Shown in pieces: positions 9,913-19,575 of a DNA stretch of 64,000 nucleotides. The notes under the pieces are model-generated. The model worked only from the letters and a program-made list of their open reading frames with translations, did not search any database and was not told the DNA's origin. The translations under genes were made by a program, and so were the position numbers. The first letter of the stretch is position 1, and every line of letters begins with the position of its first letter. The stretch spans positions 2,464,001 through 2,528,000 of the forward strand of contig OY782781.1 of assembly GCA_963678315.1 (NCBI GenBank), in the 5' to 3' direction. This stretch comes from Candidatus Cloacimonadales bacterium (GTDB lineage Bacteria > Cloacimonadota > Cloacimonadia > Cloacimonadales > JAFGVF01).

Positions 9913-11148
9913 CTACTGTCTCTTAGCTTCACCTGATTTAAAAAGCCCATATTTTACAAAGTTAGGTGCTATAATCATTATTAGAAAGGTTGTAATTGTC
10001 ATAATTGAAGTCACTAATTTAGCTTCTTTGACATAACCTGCAGATATTAAATATTTACCAGAAGCAATTGAAAGTCCAATAGCGACACCTGCTTGTGATA
10101 ATAGCGTAAATCCAAGATAATTACGGATTTTCTTTGGAGCTCTAGCAACTGTAGCTCCAATGTAAGCACCATTATATTTGCCAATCATAGTTGCCACGAT
10201 ATAAACGATTATTAAAAGCCAATATTCGGCAATGATGTTTAGATCTAGCCTAGTCCCAATTAATACAAAAAACCAAACATAAATTGGAGGTGACCAATCT
10301 GTTAAAGCTTGGTTTAGCTTTCTAGCAATCAACTTGCTTCTATTAACTAGTACAATTCCAGCAAACATATTAATTAGAATTGGTGATAAATCGAATTGTT
10401 CAGCCACTGCACACATCAACAAAATGCTTCCTAAACTAAGATAGATTATCATGAACTTTTCGTGTACTTTTCTTCCAAAGACTGATAGAAGATAACCTAC
10501 AAATGAGCCAATAGTAATCGAAAGAACAATTTCGATAAGAGAATGCAACAATGCTTGTCCAATAGACAATTCATTTGAGCCCAGTAACATAATTGCCACT
10601 GGTAAAGCAAAGGTAAATATTAAAAGTGCAAAGATATCATCTAAGCCCAACACAGCATATAGCGTTTTAACTAAATCGCCTTTCGCTTTATATTGATTGA
10701 TAACATCAACGGTTCCAGCAGGTGCTGTCGCTGACGCAAATGAACCAAAAAGTATACCCAGAGGAATAGCTACGCCCCAACCTAATGAGTAATGCAGAAG
10801 AAAAGAAATGACACAGCCAACAATTATAAATGTTAAAGAAGCTTCAAAAATTGTTATCCAGAGAACGGTTTTACCAACCCTCTTAAGAGTATTATACTCT
10901 AGCTCTGTGCCAATGCCAAATCCTATTAAGGAAAGTGTTATAATGTTAATTATCTCATAATCCTCAACCTTAAAAGCCCACGGATTATCAATTGGGATTG
11001 ATATATCCAAGACTAATCCAACTACTGCGCCTGTTAAAATGTAGCCCAACAACAAAGGAGCTTTGAGTAATGAAACTCCTCTACTTGTTAAGATTGAAAG
11101 TAATAACGCTGTAGAAAGAAAAAAGAAAATTAATGCTATTTCAGACAT
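9913..11148 (-). CDS. Cation:proton antiporter (CPA2/Na_H_Exchanger family), paralog of 8332-9537
   Basis: Same ASATAPAGT, GLDD and LLSQAGVAIGL motifs; long stretches nearly identical to the neighbouring antiporter. Confidence 0.88.
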   Translation of the reverse strand: MSEIALIFFFLSTALLLSILTSRGVSLLKAPLLLGYILTGAVVGLVLDISIPIDNPWAFKVEDYEIINIITLSLIGFGIGTELEYNTLKRVGKTVLWITIFEASLTFIIVGCVISFLLHYSLGWGVAIPLGILFGSFASATAPAGTVDVINQYKAKGDLVKTLYAVLGLDDIFALLIFTFALPVAIMLLGSNELSIGQALLHSLIEIVLSITIGSFVGYLLSVFGRKVHEKFMIIYLSLGSILLMCAVAEQFDLSPILINMFAGIVLVNRSKLIARKLNQALTDWSPPIYVWFFVLIGTRLDLNIIAEYWLLIIVYIVATMIGKYNGAYIGATVARAPKKIRNYLGFTLLSQAGVAIGLSIASGKYLISAGYVKEAKLVTSIMTITTFLIMIIAPNFVKYGLFKSGEAKRQ

Positions 11149-11149
11149 T

Positions 11150-11608
11150 TTACTTAGTAGAAGTTATAATTTTGAATAACTCAGAACTGTCTTTGGCTTT
11201 CTTGAGGGATTTAAGTACAGCTTTGTCTTTCAGACGTAGTACTAATCTTGAGAGTAGTCTTATATAATCTTTATCTTGTTGGTCAGATGCACCAATCATG
11301 AAGATTAATTCTACTGGTTGGTCATCAATTGATTCATATTCGATAGGTTTGGATAATCGTCCGATAGCAATAACAAAATCTTGACATTGTTTTATCTTGG
11401 CATGTGGAACTGCTATTCCATAGCCGATACCAGTACTCATTAATGTTTCTCTTTTAAGAATTGCTTTCTTAAAAGCTTTAATATCCTCAATGTTATCAGA
11501 AGAAGAAATAAGCTCTATCATTTCGTTGATAGCATCTTCTTTATTAGTAGCTTCTAAATCTTTAATACGAGACTCATCAATAAAATCACTAACTTTAATT
11601 ATTCTCAT
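11150..11608 (-). CDS. PTS EIIA domain protein (Ntr/Fru type)
   Basis: 'RETLMSTGIGYGIAVPHA' with the phospho-acceptor His. Confidence 0.9.
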   Translation of the reverse strand: MRIIKVSDFIDESRIKDLEATNKEDAINEMIELISSSDNIEDIKAFKKAILKRETLMSTGIGYGIAVPHAKIKQCQDFVIAIGRLSKPIEYESIDDQPVELIFMIGASDQQDKDYIRLLSRLVLRLKDKAVLKSLKKAKDSSELFKIITSTK

Positions 11609-11779
11609 ATAAAACCATCCTTTCCTTTAGATGGTGCTACAAAAAAACCATCTATAGAGTTGTCAATATTTATTGAAGATTAATTTGTTTTATTATAATA
11701 ACATGTTTTTAACCTAATCTTAACATAAAAAATCATATTCCTCACATGTTAGTATGATTAAGCACCTTAATAACATAAT

Positions 11780-12151
11780 CTAGTTGCTTGTTGTATACAT
11801 GAATTCTACTATAGTATTCTTTATACCTCTCAACATACTGTTTACATTAAAATCAAAATGCATTAAAAGAATAGTAAAAATTACTAGTCCAAAAAATAAG
11901 ATAATCCATAAGAAATTTGCATATAACGACTGCATAGTTAGCCAAAAGGAAAACTTAGGCATAGCGACACTAGCATTGGGGTCTCTATCCATTTTATCAA
12001 ATAGAACTTGAGTCTCTGTTCCCCATTTAATCTCTTTATCCTTATCATCTTTATCAATATATGCGATATATCCCAACTTCTTATACTTCTGTACTAACCG
12101 AGCAGGAATTGATTTCAACTCCTCTTCTGTTAAGATTTTCTTCTCTCCCAT
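11780..12151 (-). CDS. Hypothetical membrane protein
   Basis: GGAG RBS, one C-terminal hydrophobic segment, 8 bp downstream of the repressor gene. Confidence 0.7.
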   Translation of the reverse strand: MGEKKILTEEELKSIPARLVQKYKKLGYIAYIDKDDKDKEIKWGTETQVLFDKMDRDPNASVAMPKFSFWLTMQSLYANFLWIILFFGLVIFTILLMHFDFNVNSMLRGIKNTIVEFMYTTSN

Positions 12152-12159
12152 TTAATCTC

Positions 12160-12870
12160 CTAATCAAATTTTCGGTACAAGAAAGTCATCACTCCAATCA
12201 GATAAAAATCATCATGATCTTCAGGTTTGACTTCTATAACACTAAATTCCTCATTCATAGGTATCAATAAAAGTGAATGTTTGCTTTTGTCAAGTTTCAA
12301 TTTCTTCAAAGTTATCTCGCCATCTAATCTAACAGCGCAAATACGGTCATAACCCCTTTCCCAGTTATTAGTTTTCTCAATTAATATAACATCACCATTA
12401 GAAATAAATGGTTCCATTGATGAGCCATTAACTTTTAGGCATAGATAATTATCAACATTTCCCTTAATCTGGTCTCTACTAAGTTTAACTGTCCCGTGGT
12501 CAGCTTCACTTGATTCAAGGGGTAGTCCAGCTGATATTTCTCCAGATATAGGAATTGAAATCATTGAATCATCAAAGAATCTCTTCTTTGCATCAAGAAC
12601 ATTCTGTATATGGTCTGAGAATACCTTTTCTAGATTATCAATTTCTTCGAACTTAGAACCGTCTACTAACATCTTTCCTTTACCGGTAATTAGCCAGTGT
12701 AGATTTAAGCCATAAGCTTCACATAACTTTGTCATTGTTTCAATAGAAGGCTTTATTTTATTAGATTCCATTTGAGAGAGTGCAGAAGCTTTAAGATTCA
12801 GTCTTTTAGCCAATTCAATCTGCTTTATGTTCTTGAGTCTTCGGATTTCTTTAATTCTTTCTCCAATCAT
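12160..12870 (-). CDS. XRE-family HTH repressor with S24 (LexA/CI-like) autopeptidase domain
   Basis: N-terminal HTH_3 'IGERIKEIR...QIELAKRL...WLITGKG', Ala-Gly cleavage site 'ISAGLP', catalytic Ser 'NGSSMEP' and Lys 'ITLKK'. Confidence 0.9.
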   Translation of the reverse strand: MIGERIKEIRRLKNIKQIELAKRLNLKASALSQMESNKIKPSIETMTKLCEAYGLNLHWLITGKGKMLVDGSKFEEIDNLEKVFSDHIQNVLDAKKRFFDDSMISIPISGEISAGLPLESSEADHGTVKLSRDQIKGNVDNYLCLKVNGSSMEPFISNGDVILIEKTNNWERGYDRICAVRLDGEITLKKLKLDKSKHSLLLIPMNEEFSVIEVKPEDHDDFYLIGVMTFLYRKFD

Positions 12871-12881
12871 ATTAATGTCTC

Positions 12882-12926
12882 CTTAAGTTTTGATGTAAAC
12901 TTAAGCATAAGTTAATATGCTGTCAA
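12882..12926 (-). promoter_or_regulatory. sigma70-like promoter overlapped by a palindromic candidate operator
   Basis: Minus-strand TTGACA (12926-12921), 17 nt spacer, TAAGTT (12903-12898); palindrome CTTAAGTTT-N6-AAACTTAAG at 12882-12905. Confidence 0.55.
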
Positions 12927-12991
12927 GATTATTATTGATAATTAATTTTATAAGTGGGAATTCAGTAATAGTTACAATAAATTGAGCTTTT

Positions 12992-13894
12992 TTATATTTT
13001 ACTTCTTTTTACTAAGTAGCTTAAGAGATTATCTTCAATTGGAACAGTAGTCGTCATAGGAATATATTCTATCTTAGCATTCAGACAATCCTGTTTTATT
13101 TGAGAATAGTAGTTTTGATAGTTGTTTTGAACAGTTTCTCTAATCTGCCATGGTTCCACTGTAATCTTGTCACCTGTTTCAGAATCAATAAAAAGTGTTT
13201 CGTTCTTGTAATTAAAAGCCTTCTCTTGCTCATCAACAATATGAAATACTAGCACTTCATGCTTCTGAAATCTAAAGTGTTTGAGACTACTCACTAGTTC
13301 TCTAGCATTATTCATAACATCATTAGAATTCCCAAGTAAATCAGATATTACAATAATCAAGCTACGTTTCTTTATCTTTTCAGCAATCTTATGGAGAACT
13401 TTCAGACCATCAGTCTTGCCATCTGCTTCTAGTTCATAAATCTTCTTATAAATAGCTGAAATATAGCCTCTATGAGCTCTTGGAGATTGCATGTATGATA
13501 TATCTTCATTAAAAGAAACTAGGCCTACAGCATCGCTTTGTTTTGAGATTAAGTAGGTTAAGGAGCCAGCAAGCAACTTAGCGTAACTTAATTTAGATAT
13601 TTTACCAGATGAGAACTTCATTGAATTGCTATGATCAATTATTATGTAAGCTCTGAGATTAGTCTCATCTTCAAACTGCCTTACATAATATCTATCAGTT
13701 TTTGCATATATCTTCCAGTCAATATCTTTGATTTGGTCGCCAGGAATATACTGCCTGTAGTCAGCAAATTCTACACTATAGCCATGATATGGAGACTTAT
13801 GTAGCCCTACCATGAATCCTTCCACAATTTCCTTTGCAGTCAATTGAAAAGCATTTAGTGTGTTTATTATACGTTCATTTAGAAGCTTATTCAT
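12992..13894 (-). CDS. DUF58 domain protein (MoxR-associated, vWA-like)
   Basis: GLHKSPYHGYSVEFADYRQYIPGD, IDWK, FEDETN, DHSNSM. Confidence 0.9.
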   Translation of the reverse strand: MNKLLNERIINTLNAFQLTAKEIVEGFMVGLHKSPYHGYSVEFADYRQYIPGDQIKDIDWKIYAKTDRYYVRQFEDETNLRAYIIIDHSNSMKFSSGKISKLSYAKLLAGSLTYLISKQSDAVGLVSFNEDISYMQSPRAHRGYISAIYKKIYELEADGKTDGLKVLHKIAEKIKKRSLIIVISDLLGNSNDVMNNARELVSSLKHFRFQKHEVLVFHIVDEQEKAFNYKNETLFIDSETGDKITVEPWQIRETVQNNYQNYYSQIKQDCLNAKIEYIPMTTTVPIEDNLLSYLVKRSKI

Positions 13895-14099
13895 TATCCT
13901 TTTTCTTGTAGAAGAATCCCAAAGGTATAACCACTACATAGCTAATTGTTAAAAGTATTGGAGAGATAGTACTATCACCAAATTCAATTGAAGGGTTATT
14001 CATAATAGAGTATCCTGCAATAAGAAGAATAATTCCAATTGCAAGAAGAATGTAATTTACTGTTGTAAAACCTAAACGGTCTTTGAAGTTCTTTTTCAT
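13887..14099 (-). CDS. Small membrane protein (DUF3098-like)
   Basis: 'F...NYILLAIGIILLIAGY..M' with two transmembrane segments; translationally coupled to neighbours. Confidence 0.65.
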   Translation of the reverse strand: MKKNFKDRLGFTTVNYILLAIGIILLIAGYSIMNNPSIEFGDSTISPILLTISYVVVIPLGFFYKKKDNE

Positions 14100-14107
14100 T
14101 ATATCTC

Positions 14108-14875
14108 CTAAAAGTTTGTTGAATATATTATTTCGAATGATCTATCGTAACTTGAATTATCTCCATTGTTTAATTCTGGAGAGTTATTCATCATATCATG
14201 CAAAGTAAATTTGAATTGAAGTTCAGGTATAATATACCAGCCAGCAGAAAAGTTTAAATAGCCTCTTCCTTCTCCAAGTCTATCTAGTTCATTTGTTGGT
14301 TCATCTGAGTTATCATTGAAAGCACAATCGTATTCAAGTGAGAATTTAAGGTCTTCTCCTATACTTTGTGACAGACCAATAAAGGCATTAATATCTTTAT
14401 CTCCATCATCATCTTCCATTGATTTATTAGCTCCTGCTTGAATTTCAAATCCTCTCAAGAATATATCTTTCTTGCCTATTACAGCGTAAAATCCTTTAGA
14501 TTTGATAGCATAACGGGATAAGTCATCATTCCAAATACCGTGACCTTCTGAGTCAAATCCAATACTTAAGCCAGGTATATTGACAGTCTCTTTTAATATT
14601 TGAAATTTAGCTTTAAAATCTACATGGTCATTCCAATCGAAGTCTTCGCTTCCAACAAATTCAGATGCTCCATAACTAAAGCCAAGCATTAATCTTTCGA
14701 ATAGCCCAATATTAGCCCCAATTCTAAAACTATTTTGCCCATAAAACTTAGTTGTAAAGTTGTATTCGCCCTTTTCTGGAACATTAGCAGTAGGAGCTGA
14801 TATAGTTAACAAGTCAAGTGCTGCTAAGTTCATTAGTGTTACGAATACGAATACTGTAATAATTAACTTCTTCAT
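14108..14875 (-). CDS. Outer-membrane beta-barrel protein (YjbH-like)
   Basis: Signal peptide, 'ISAPTA' start motif, amphipathic strands, terminal Phe. Confidence 0.6.
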   Translation of the reverse strand: MKKLIITVFVFVTLMNLAALDLLTISAPTANVPEKGEYNFTTKFYGQNSFRIGANIGLFERLMLGFSYGASEFVGSEDFDWNDHVDFKAKFQILKETVNIPGLSIGFDSEGHGIWNDDLSRYAIKSKGFYAVIGKKDIFLRGFEIQAGANKSMEDDDGDKDINAFIGLSQSIGEDLKFSLEYDCAFNDNSDEPTNELDRLGEGRGYLNFSAGWYIIPELQFKFTLHDMMNNSPELNNGDNSSYDRSFEIIYSTNF

Positions 14876-15948
14876 TTCATCTCCTTCAAATGATAGGATT
14901 TAGCTATCGCTTCAAGTTCTAGCATAAAAGGTATCTTAGTTCCTGCAGGATAATAAACTGCTGTATCAATAAAGAAAGCTCTTTCTGATTTGTCATCATA
15001 GAAGACATAGCTTCTAAATGTACCACCATTATTTGTTTCTTCATTCTTCCATGCTCCATAAACCTCATAGCCATCATGTACATCTGTTTCCCATGAAGAG
15101 ATAGATTTTGGTCTAATCTCAGATCTATACCAATCAACAACATCATTATCTAATATTTCTTTACCTATTTTATCTCTAGTTCTAATAACCCATTTTCTAG
15201 TAAACTCATCTTTGGAGATATCTTCATAGTGAATAGTAATGAATTTATCAGGAACGATAGAATCCTTCTTTGAATATCTGTAAATAAAACTTATCATGTT
15301 GTTTATTTCATCTTCTTTATAAAGCTGATAGGAATCGGGTATTCTAAGAGTTATTGGATAGTTATCGAAGTACTTTTGCTTTAAAATCCCACGGTAATAT
15401 GCGCGCTTTGCCATTCTATGTAAGAATCTCTTGTGATACTCAAGATATAGGAATTGTGCTTTAGTTAAAATTACATTCTCAATGTTATCTGCAGATTTAC
15501 CAATAATAAAGGTTATCATTTGATCATCAGACCAAACATTTTGATAAGTAAGCATTAATGCAGCTTTATCCTTTGCGAAAGAGATTTTTTCAGCAGGGAT
15601 CTTTTGTTCTGTGAGAGAAACTAATTCATCCATTTGACTTAAATCACATAGAAATATAATATTCTTTGCTCTTTTAAGTTCTTCAAACTCATCAAAATCT
15701 TTCCATAAAAGAAAGAAATCTTTTTCATTTTGAGCTCCTTCAACTTCATGTCCAAACTCTTTCTTAAGTGTTTCCATAATATCTGATTTAAGAGCAATAT
15801 TTGAATATACATAGATATCTTGATGATTGCCATAAGATGATGGTTTACTAGAATCCATAAAGTCTTTAACTGGCATATATTTTTCTTCTTTCTTAGCACA
15901 GGCTACTAATATCAAAATAGTAATAAGTATTAAAAGTATTTTCTTCAT
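14872..15948 (-). CDS. Lipoprotein (DUF4837-like)
   Basis: Lipobox LVAC; C-terminal 'GAW...GGTFRSY...VYYPAGTK...LEAIAKS'. Confidence 0.65.
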   Translation of the reverse strand: MKKILLILITILILVACAKKEEKYMPVKDFMDSSKPSSYGNHQDIYVYSNIALKSDIMETLKKEFGHEVEGAQNEKDFFLLWKDFDEFEELKRAKNIIFLCDLSQMDELVSLTEQKIPAEKISFAKDKAALMLTYQNVWSDDQMITFIIGKSADNIENVILTKAQFLYLEYHKRFLHRMAKRAYYRGILKQKYFDNYPITLRIPDSYQLYKEDEINNMISFIYRYSKKDSIVPDKFITIHYEDISKDEFTRKWVIRTRDKIGKEILDNDVVDWYRSEIRPKSISSWETDVHDGYEVYGAWKNEETNNGGTFRSYVFYDDKSERAFFIDTAVYYPAGTKIPFMLELEAIAKSYHLKEMK

Positions 15949-16484
15949 TAGAACAACTCCTTAATTCTAGTAAAATATGTTAAACCGGATATAACAGTAA
16001 CAAAAGCTACTATCCAAAAGTAGATATTAATCCATAGTTTATATGCCAATAAATTATAGTCAAGCGCTATAAGCAAGAAAATTACAGTTAAGCCAACCAT
16101 CTGCAGAACTGTCTTGATTTTACCCCAGTTATTTGCTGCAAGAATTATCTTCTTTTTCTTATATAAATCTCTAAGTATAGTTATAAGAACTTCTCTTAAA
16201 GTAATAATTACAAATATCCCTAGTGATAATATAGCTTTTTCACCGAATGAAATTAAGCCTATTGCAGAAAGAACTAACAATTTATCTGCTAAAGGGTCCA
16301 TTATTTTACCAAAGTTAGATATTACGTTGAACTTACGAGCTAAATACCCATCAGCAAAGTCAGTTAATGAGGCAACAATGAATATTATGAAGGCTCCAAG
16401 ATATGATCCGGCTACGAAGCTTTGTATAAAGAAAGGTACTAGGATAATTCTAAATAGGGTTAAGATATTTGGTATATGTTTCAT
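15948..16484 (-). CDS. pgsA: CDP-diacylglycerol--glycerol-3-phosphate 3-phosphatidyltransferase
   Basis: IPNILTLFR, TDFADGYLAR, GKIMDPLADK, GKIKTVLQ. Confidence 0.93.
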   Translation of the reverse strand: MKHIPNILTLFRIILVPFFIQSFVAGSYLGAFIIFIVASLTDFADGYLARKFNVISNFGKIMDPLADKLLVLSAIGLISFGEKAILSLGIFVIITLREVLITILRDLYKKKKIILAANNWGKIKTVLQMVGLTVIFLLIALDYNLLAYKLWINIYFWIVAFVTVISGLTYFTRIKELF

Positions 16485-17441
16485 TTATAACTCAATTTTT
16501 TCTTTGTTTATATTTATGATTAATAAGCTAATAATTAATGATGAAATTACTGCAAGCATCATATGGTAAGGAAGTATAGTTGCTTGTTTGATTAAATATG
16601 AATAAATAAGCTCATAACTACTCACTACAAGTAGAATTAGCAATACAAAAGACTTACTAAAAGCTAATAGCTTGAAGTATTTTACTGGATTAACACGTCC
16701 TTGTAATAGTAATTTAGTTAATGTTAGATATTTTAGTCTGAAGTACTGGTCTAATAGTCTAACTAATAAAACTAGAATTAAACACAATACAAGTGAGAAA
16801 GCTATCATGATATATTTCCATAACTTATCTCTTTCAGACCTAAGATTTTCAATTTTGTAATTATCACTTAGTTTCATCATAATATCACCACTTTCTGACT
16901 TATTGTAGTAGTAATGTTTAATGTTTGACTTAACAGAAGGTAAATTACCTTTTTGAATAAAAGAATATTCTTGATTAACAAGATAATCTTCAATAGCACT
17001 GATTAACATAGGATTCTTTTCACTTTGTCCAAAGTTTATAAGAAGCTCATTAGGTAAAAATAGCTTTAAGTTGTTAAGCAAAGATTTATTCTTGTTACTG
17101 AACTTTGATTTTCTCATATACTTCACTATATCACTGTCATAAAGTAAAGAATCAATAAAAGAAGCTTGTTCTTGAATGGTTATAGACTTAAATTCTTTTA
17201 AAGGATAAATTTTGGTTATATCGCTTTTAACTCTTTCAAGCTCATTTACATCATTGTGGTAAATTGAAAACTGTAATTTACTATATCTATCCAGCAGGAT
17301 TTGTTTCTGATAATCATTAAAACTCTTTGCTTTTTCACCAAATGAATAAGATCTAATTTCGTTATATCCAAAACCAATAGCTAAAACTATAATATAAACT
17401 ATTAGGATTGATATATTAAAGACTATGAATCTCTTCTTCAT
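16485..17441 (-). CDS. Hypothetical membrane protein with FtsX-like topology
   Basis: One N-terminal TM, a large soluble loop, three C-terminal TMs; overlaps the upstream ABC-ATPase-like gene by 4 bp. Confidence 0.55.
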   Translation of the reverse strand: MKKRFIVFNISILIVYIIVLAIGFGYNEIRSYSFGEKAKSFNDYQKQILLDRYSKLQFSIYHNDVNELERVKSDITKIYPLKEFKSITIQEQASFIDSLLYDSDIVKYMRKSKFSNKNKSLLNNLKLFLPNELLINFGQSEKNPMLISAIEDYLVNQEYSFIQKGNLPSVKSNIKHYYYNKSESGDIMMKLSDNYKIENLRSERDKLWKYIMIAFSLVLCLILVLLVRLLDQYFRLKYLTLTKLLLQGRVNPVKYFKLLAFSKSFVLLILLVVSSYELIYSYLIKQATILPYHMMLAVISSLIISLLIININKEKIEL

Positions 17442-18034
17442 ACTAATTTCACCTCATAATCTTCAATATTGTACTTTTTCTCTACCTCATCTAATTTCTG
17501 ACTTGAAGTCATTAACACACTTCCACTTTCTTTAGAAAAAAGCATTAATATTTTTCCAACTATCTCCAGAATTTCTTTTTTAACAATTCTATCAAAGTCA
17601 TCAATTAAAAGAAGAACCGGGTTCAATCCACATCCTAGGCATAAGTTAAGAAGAATTTTCTCATTATTGTTTAATTCACTAATCTTATAAGTCAGCTTAT
17701 CACCAAGCTCTGCAATTAGCAAATATTCTAGAACTTGTTGATAGTGATTTTTGTAGTAACTCTTAAGAAGTTTATCAATTGTACAGTCTTCCAATAAATG
17801 AAGATTCTCAGTAAGCATACAGGTCAATGGTCTCTTTTCAATTTCCTCATTTACTATAGAAATCTGTCCGTCATACTTTCTGTATAATCCATGAATAGTA
17901 TTTAAGAGTAGAGTTTTACCAGACTTAGAAGCTCCTGTAACCACACAAAATTCGCTCTTATTTATGGTCATTTTCTCTATTGAGAGTAGTGTTTGACTTT
18001 TATTATTTATCTTTACATCATTAATTTCGAGCAT
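17438..18034 (-). CDS. Degenerate ABC-ATPase-like protein (FtsE-like)
   Basis: Walker A GASKSGKT present; signature is LNNNEK, Walker B is LLLIDD, and there is no H-loop His. Confidence 0.7.
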   Translation of the reverse strand: MLEINDVKINNKSQTLLSIEKMTINKSEFCVVTGASKSGKTLLLNTIHGLYRKYDGQISIVNEEIEKRPLTCMLTENLHLLEDCTIDKLLKSYYKNHYQQVLEYLLIAELGDKLTYKISELNNNEKILLNLCLGCGLNPVLLLIDDFDRIVKKEILEIVGKILMLFSKESGSVLMTSSQKLDEVEKKYNIEDYEVKLV

Positions 18035-18684
18035 CTTTTTATCCTAACCAAGACTAATTTATTGTTATATATAGTACTTTCTATTTTTAATTCATTTCTT
18101 GCTACATTTTCTTCAATTTCATTCATCCTATCTTTTGGATAGAGCAAATAAGCATTACCATTTTCATTAAGATTACAAGCTACACATTTTATTACATCTT
18201 GCATAGAACATTTTAATTCAAACTTTGCAATATTAGATATATAGCTTGCAGATAATCTGCCCGTGCCTAGCTTTCTAAAAGGAGGGTTTGAGATAATAAT
18301 ATCGTATTTTTCATTACTTTTATAGTGTTTTATATCAGCATGTTTAAACTTACATTGTGCCTCTTGTAGGGTGCGATTTTCCCTTGCTAAAGACACAAGG
18401 GAATCATCAAGTTCAATTCCTGTAAAACACCATTTACTAAAAGTCTTTGCCAACATGAATATATTAATACCGTTTCCAGATCCTAACTCTAAACACCTTA
18501 GTGATTGCTGTCTATGTTCTATATAGAGTTTTACTACTTCTGCATTTATAAACTCGTTATCTGACGATATCTTTTGTCCTTCATTTAATTGAAAGATATA
18601 GCTTCCATCTGGCAAGGTAACTTTTTGTAATTTATTAATATTATTTTTCACCTTTATTCTTAGAATATTCAAGCATAGCATCAA
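18013..18684 (-). CDS. SAM-dependent methyltransferase, tRNA1(Val) A37 N6-methyltransferase-like
   Basis: LELGSGNG, ISNPPF; true start probably a little downstream of the track start. Confidence 0.75.
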   Translation of the reverse strand: MMLCLNILRIKVKNNINKLQKVTLPDGSYIFQLNEGQKISSDNEFINAEVVKLYIEHRQQSLRCLELGSGNGINIFMLAKTFSKWCFTGIELDDSLVSLARENRTLQEAQCKFKHADIKHYKSNEKYDIIISNPPFRKLGTGRLSASYISNIAKFELKCSMQDVIKCVACNLNENGNAYLLYPKDRMNEIEENVARNELKIESTIYNNKLVLVRIKRCSKLMM

Positions 18685-19567
18685 TACTTTTCTTCGCTTC
18701 TAGTCTAAGATCATTTGGTAAAGTTATTTCGAAACTTTCTTCTTCTAAACTTCTCAGCACATCTGCGACATGTATTTTCTTCATATTAACACAAACTGCA
18801 TTCTGAGCTAGAGGAATAATATTCTTACCAGGATTATCCTTCTTAATTTGTTCAAAAAGTCCTACTTCAGTACCAATAATTAAGTTATCATTTTCTTTAG
18901 CAAAATCTGCCATACCTTTTGTTGAAGCTACTAGATCAGCATGTTTAACAATATTAGTAGGACATTCTGGATGAACCAATAGTTTATATTTTGGATGTTC
19001 TTTTTTAGCATTTTTAACATCACTTTCAGTCATTTTAATATGATGAACAGGACAATAACCATCCCATACTACCACATTTCTGCCAGTTTGATGAGCAGCA
19101 TAAGTCCCAAGATTTTGGTCTGGAACAAATAAAATCTTCTTATCTTTAGGTAGACTGTTTATTATATCCACAGCATTTGATGAAGTACAGCAAATATCAC
19201 TTTCAGCTTTAATTTCAGCAGTAGAATTAACATAACACATCACAATAGCACCTGGATGATTTTGTTTAAACTGCTTCAATTGTTCTCTAGTAATCATTTC
19301 AGCCATAGGACAACCTGCGTCCTTAACAGGCAACAATACTTTTGTAGATGGGGATAGGATTTTAGCAGTTTCAGCCATAAATTTAACCCCACAAAAGAGA
19401 ATCATTTTAGCTTTCACTTTTGAAGCTTCTATGGATAACTGTAATGAATCACCAACAAAATCTGCAAGTTCTTGAATATCAAGAGTTACATAGTTATGGG
19501 CTAAGATTACAGCATCTTTTTCTTTCTTTAGTATCTTTATTTTTTCAATTAAATCTTTATTTTCCAT
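18641..19567 (-). CDS. nadA: Quinolinate synthase
   Basis: ILAHNY, FCGVKFMAETAK, AGCPMA, YVNS, CTSSNA, VHPEC. Confidence 0.96.
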   Translation of the reverse strand: MENKDLIEKIKILKKEKDAVILAHNYVTLDIQELADFVGDSLQLSIEASKVKAKMILFCGVKFMAETAKILSPSTKVLLPVKDAGCPMAEMITREQLKQFKQNHPGAIVMCYVNSTAEIKAESDICCTSSNAVDIINSLPKDKKILFVPDQNLGTYAAHQTGRNVVVWDGYCPVHHIKMTESDVKNAKKEHPKYKLLVHPECPTNIVKHADLVASTKGMADFAKENDNLIIGTEVGLFEQIKKDNPGKNIIPLAQNAVCVNMKKIHVADVLRSLEEESFEITLPNDLRLEAKKSIDAMLEYSKNKGEK

Positions 19568-19575
19568 TGTTTCCT

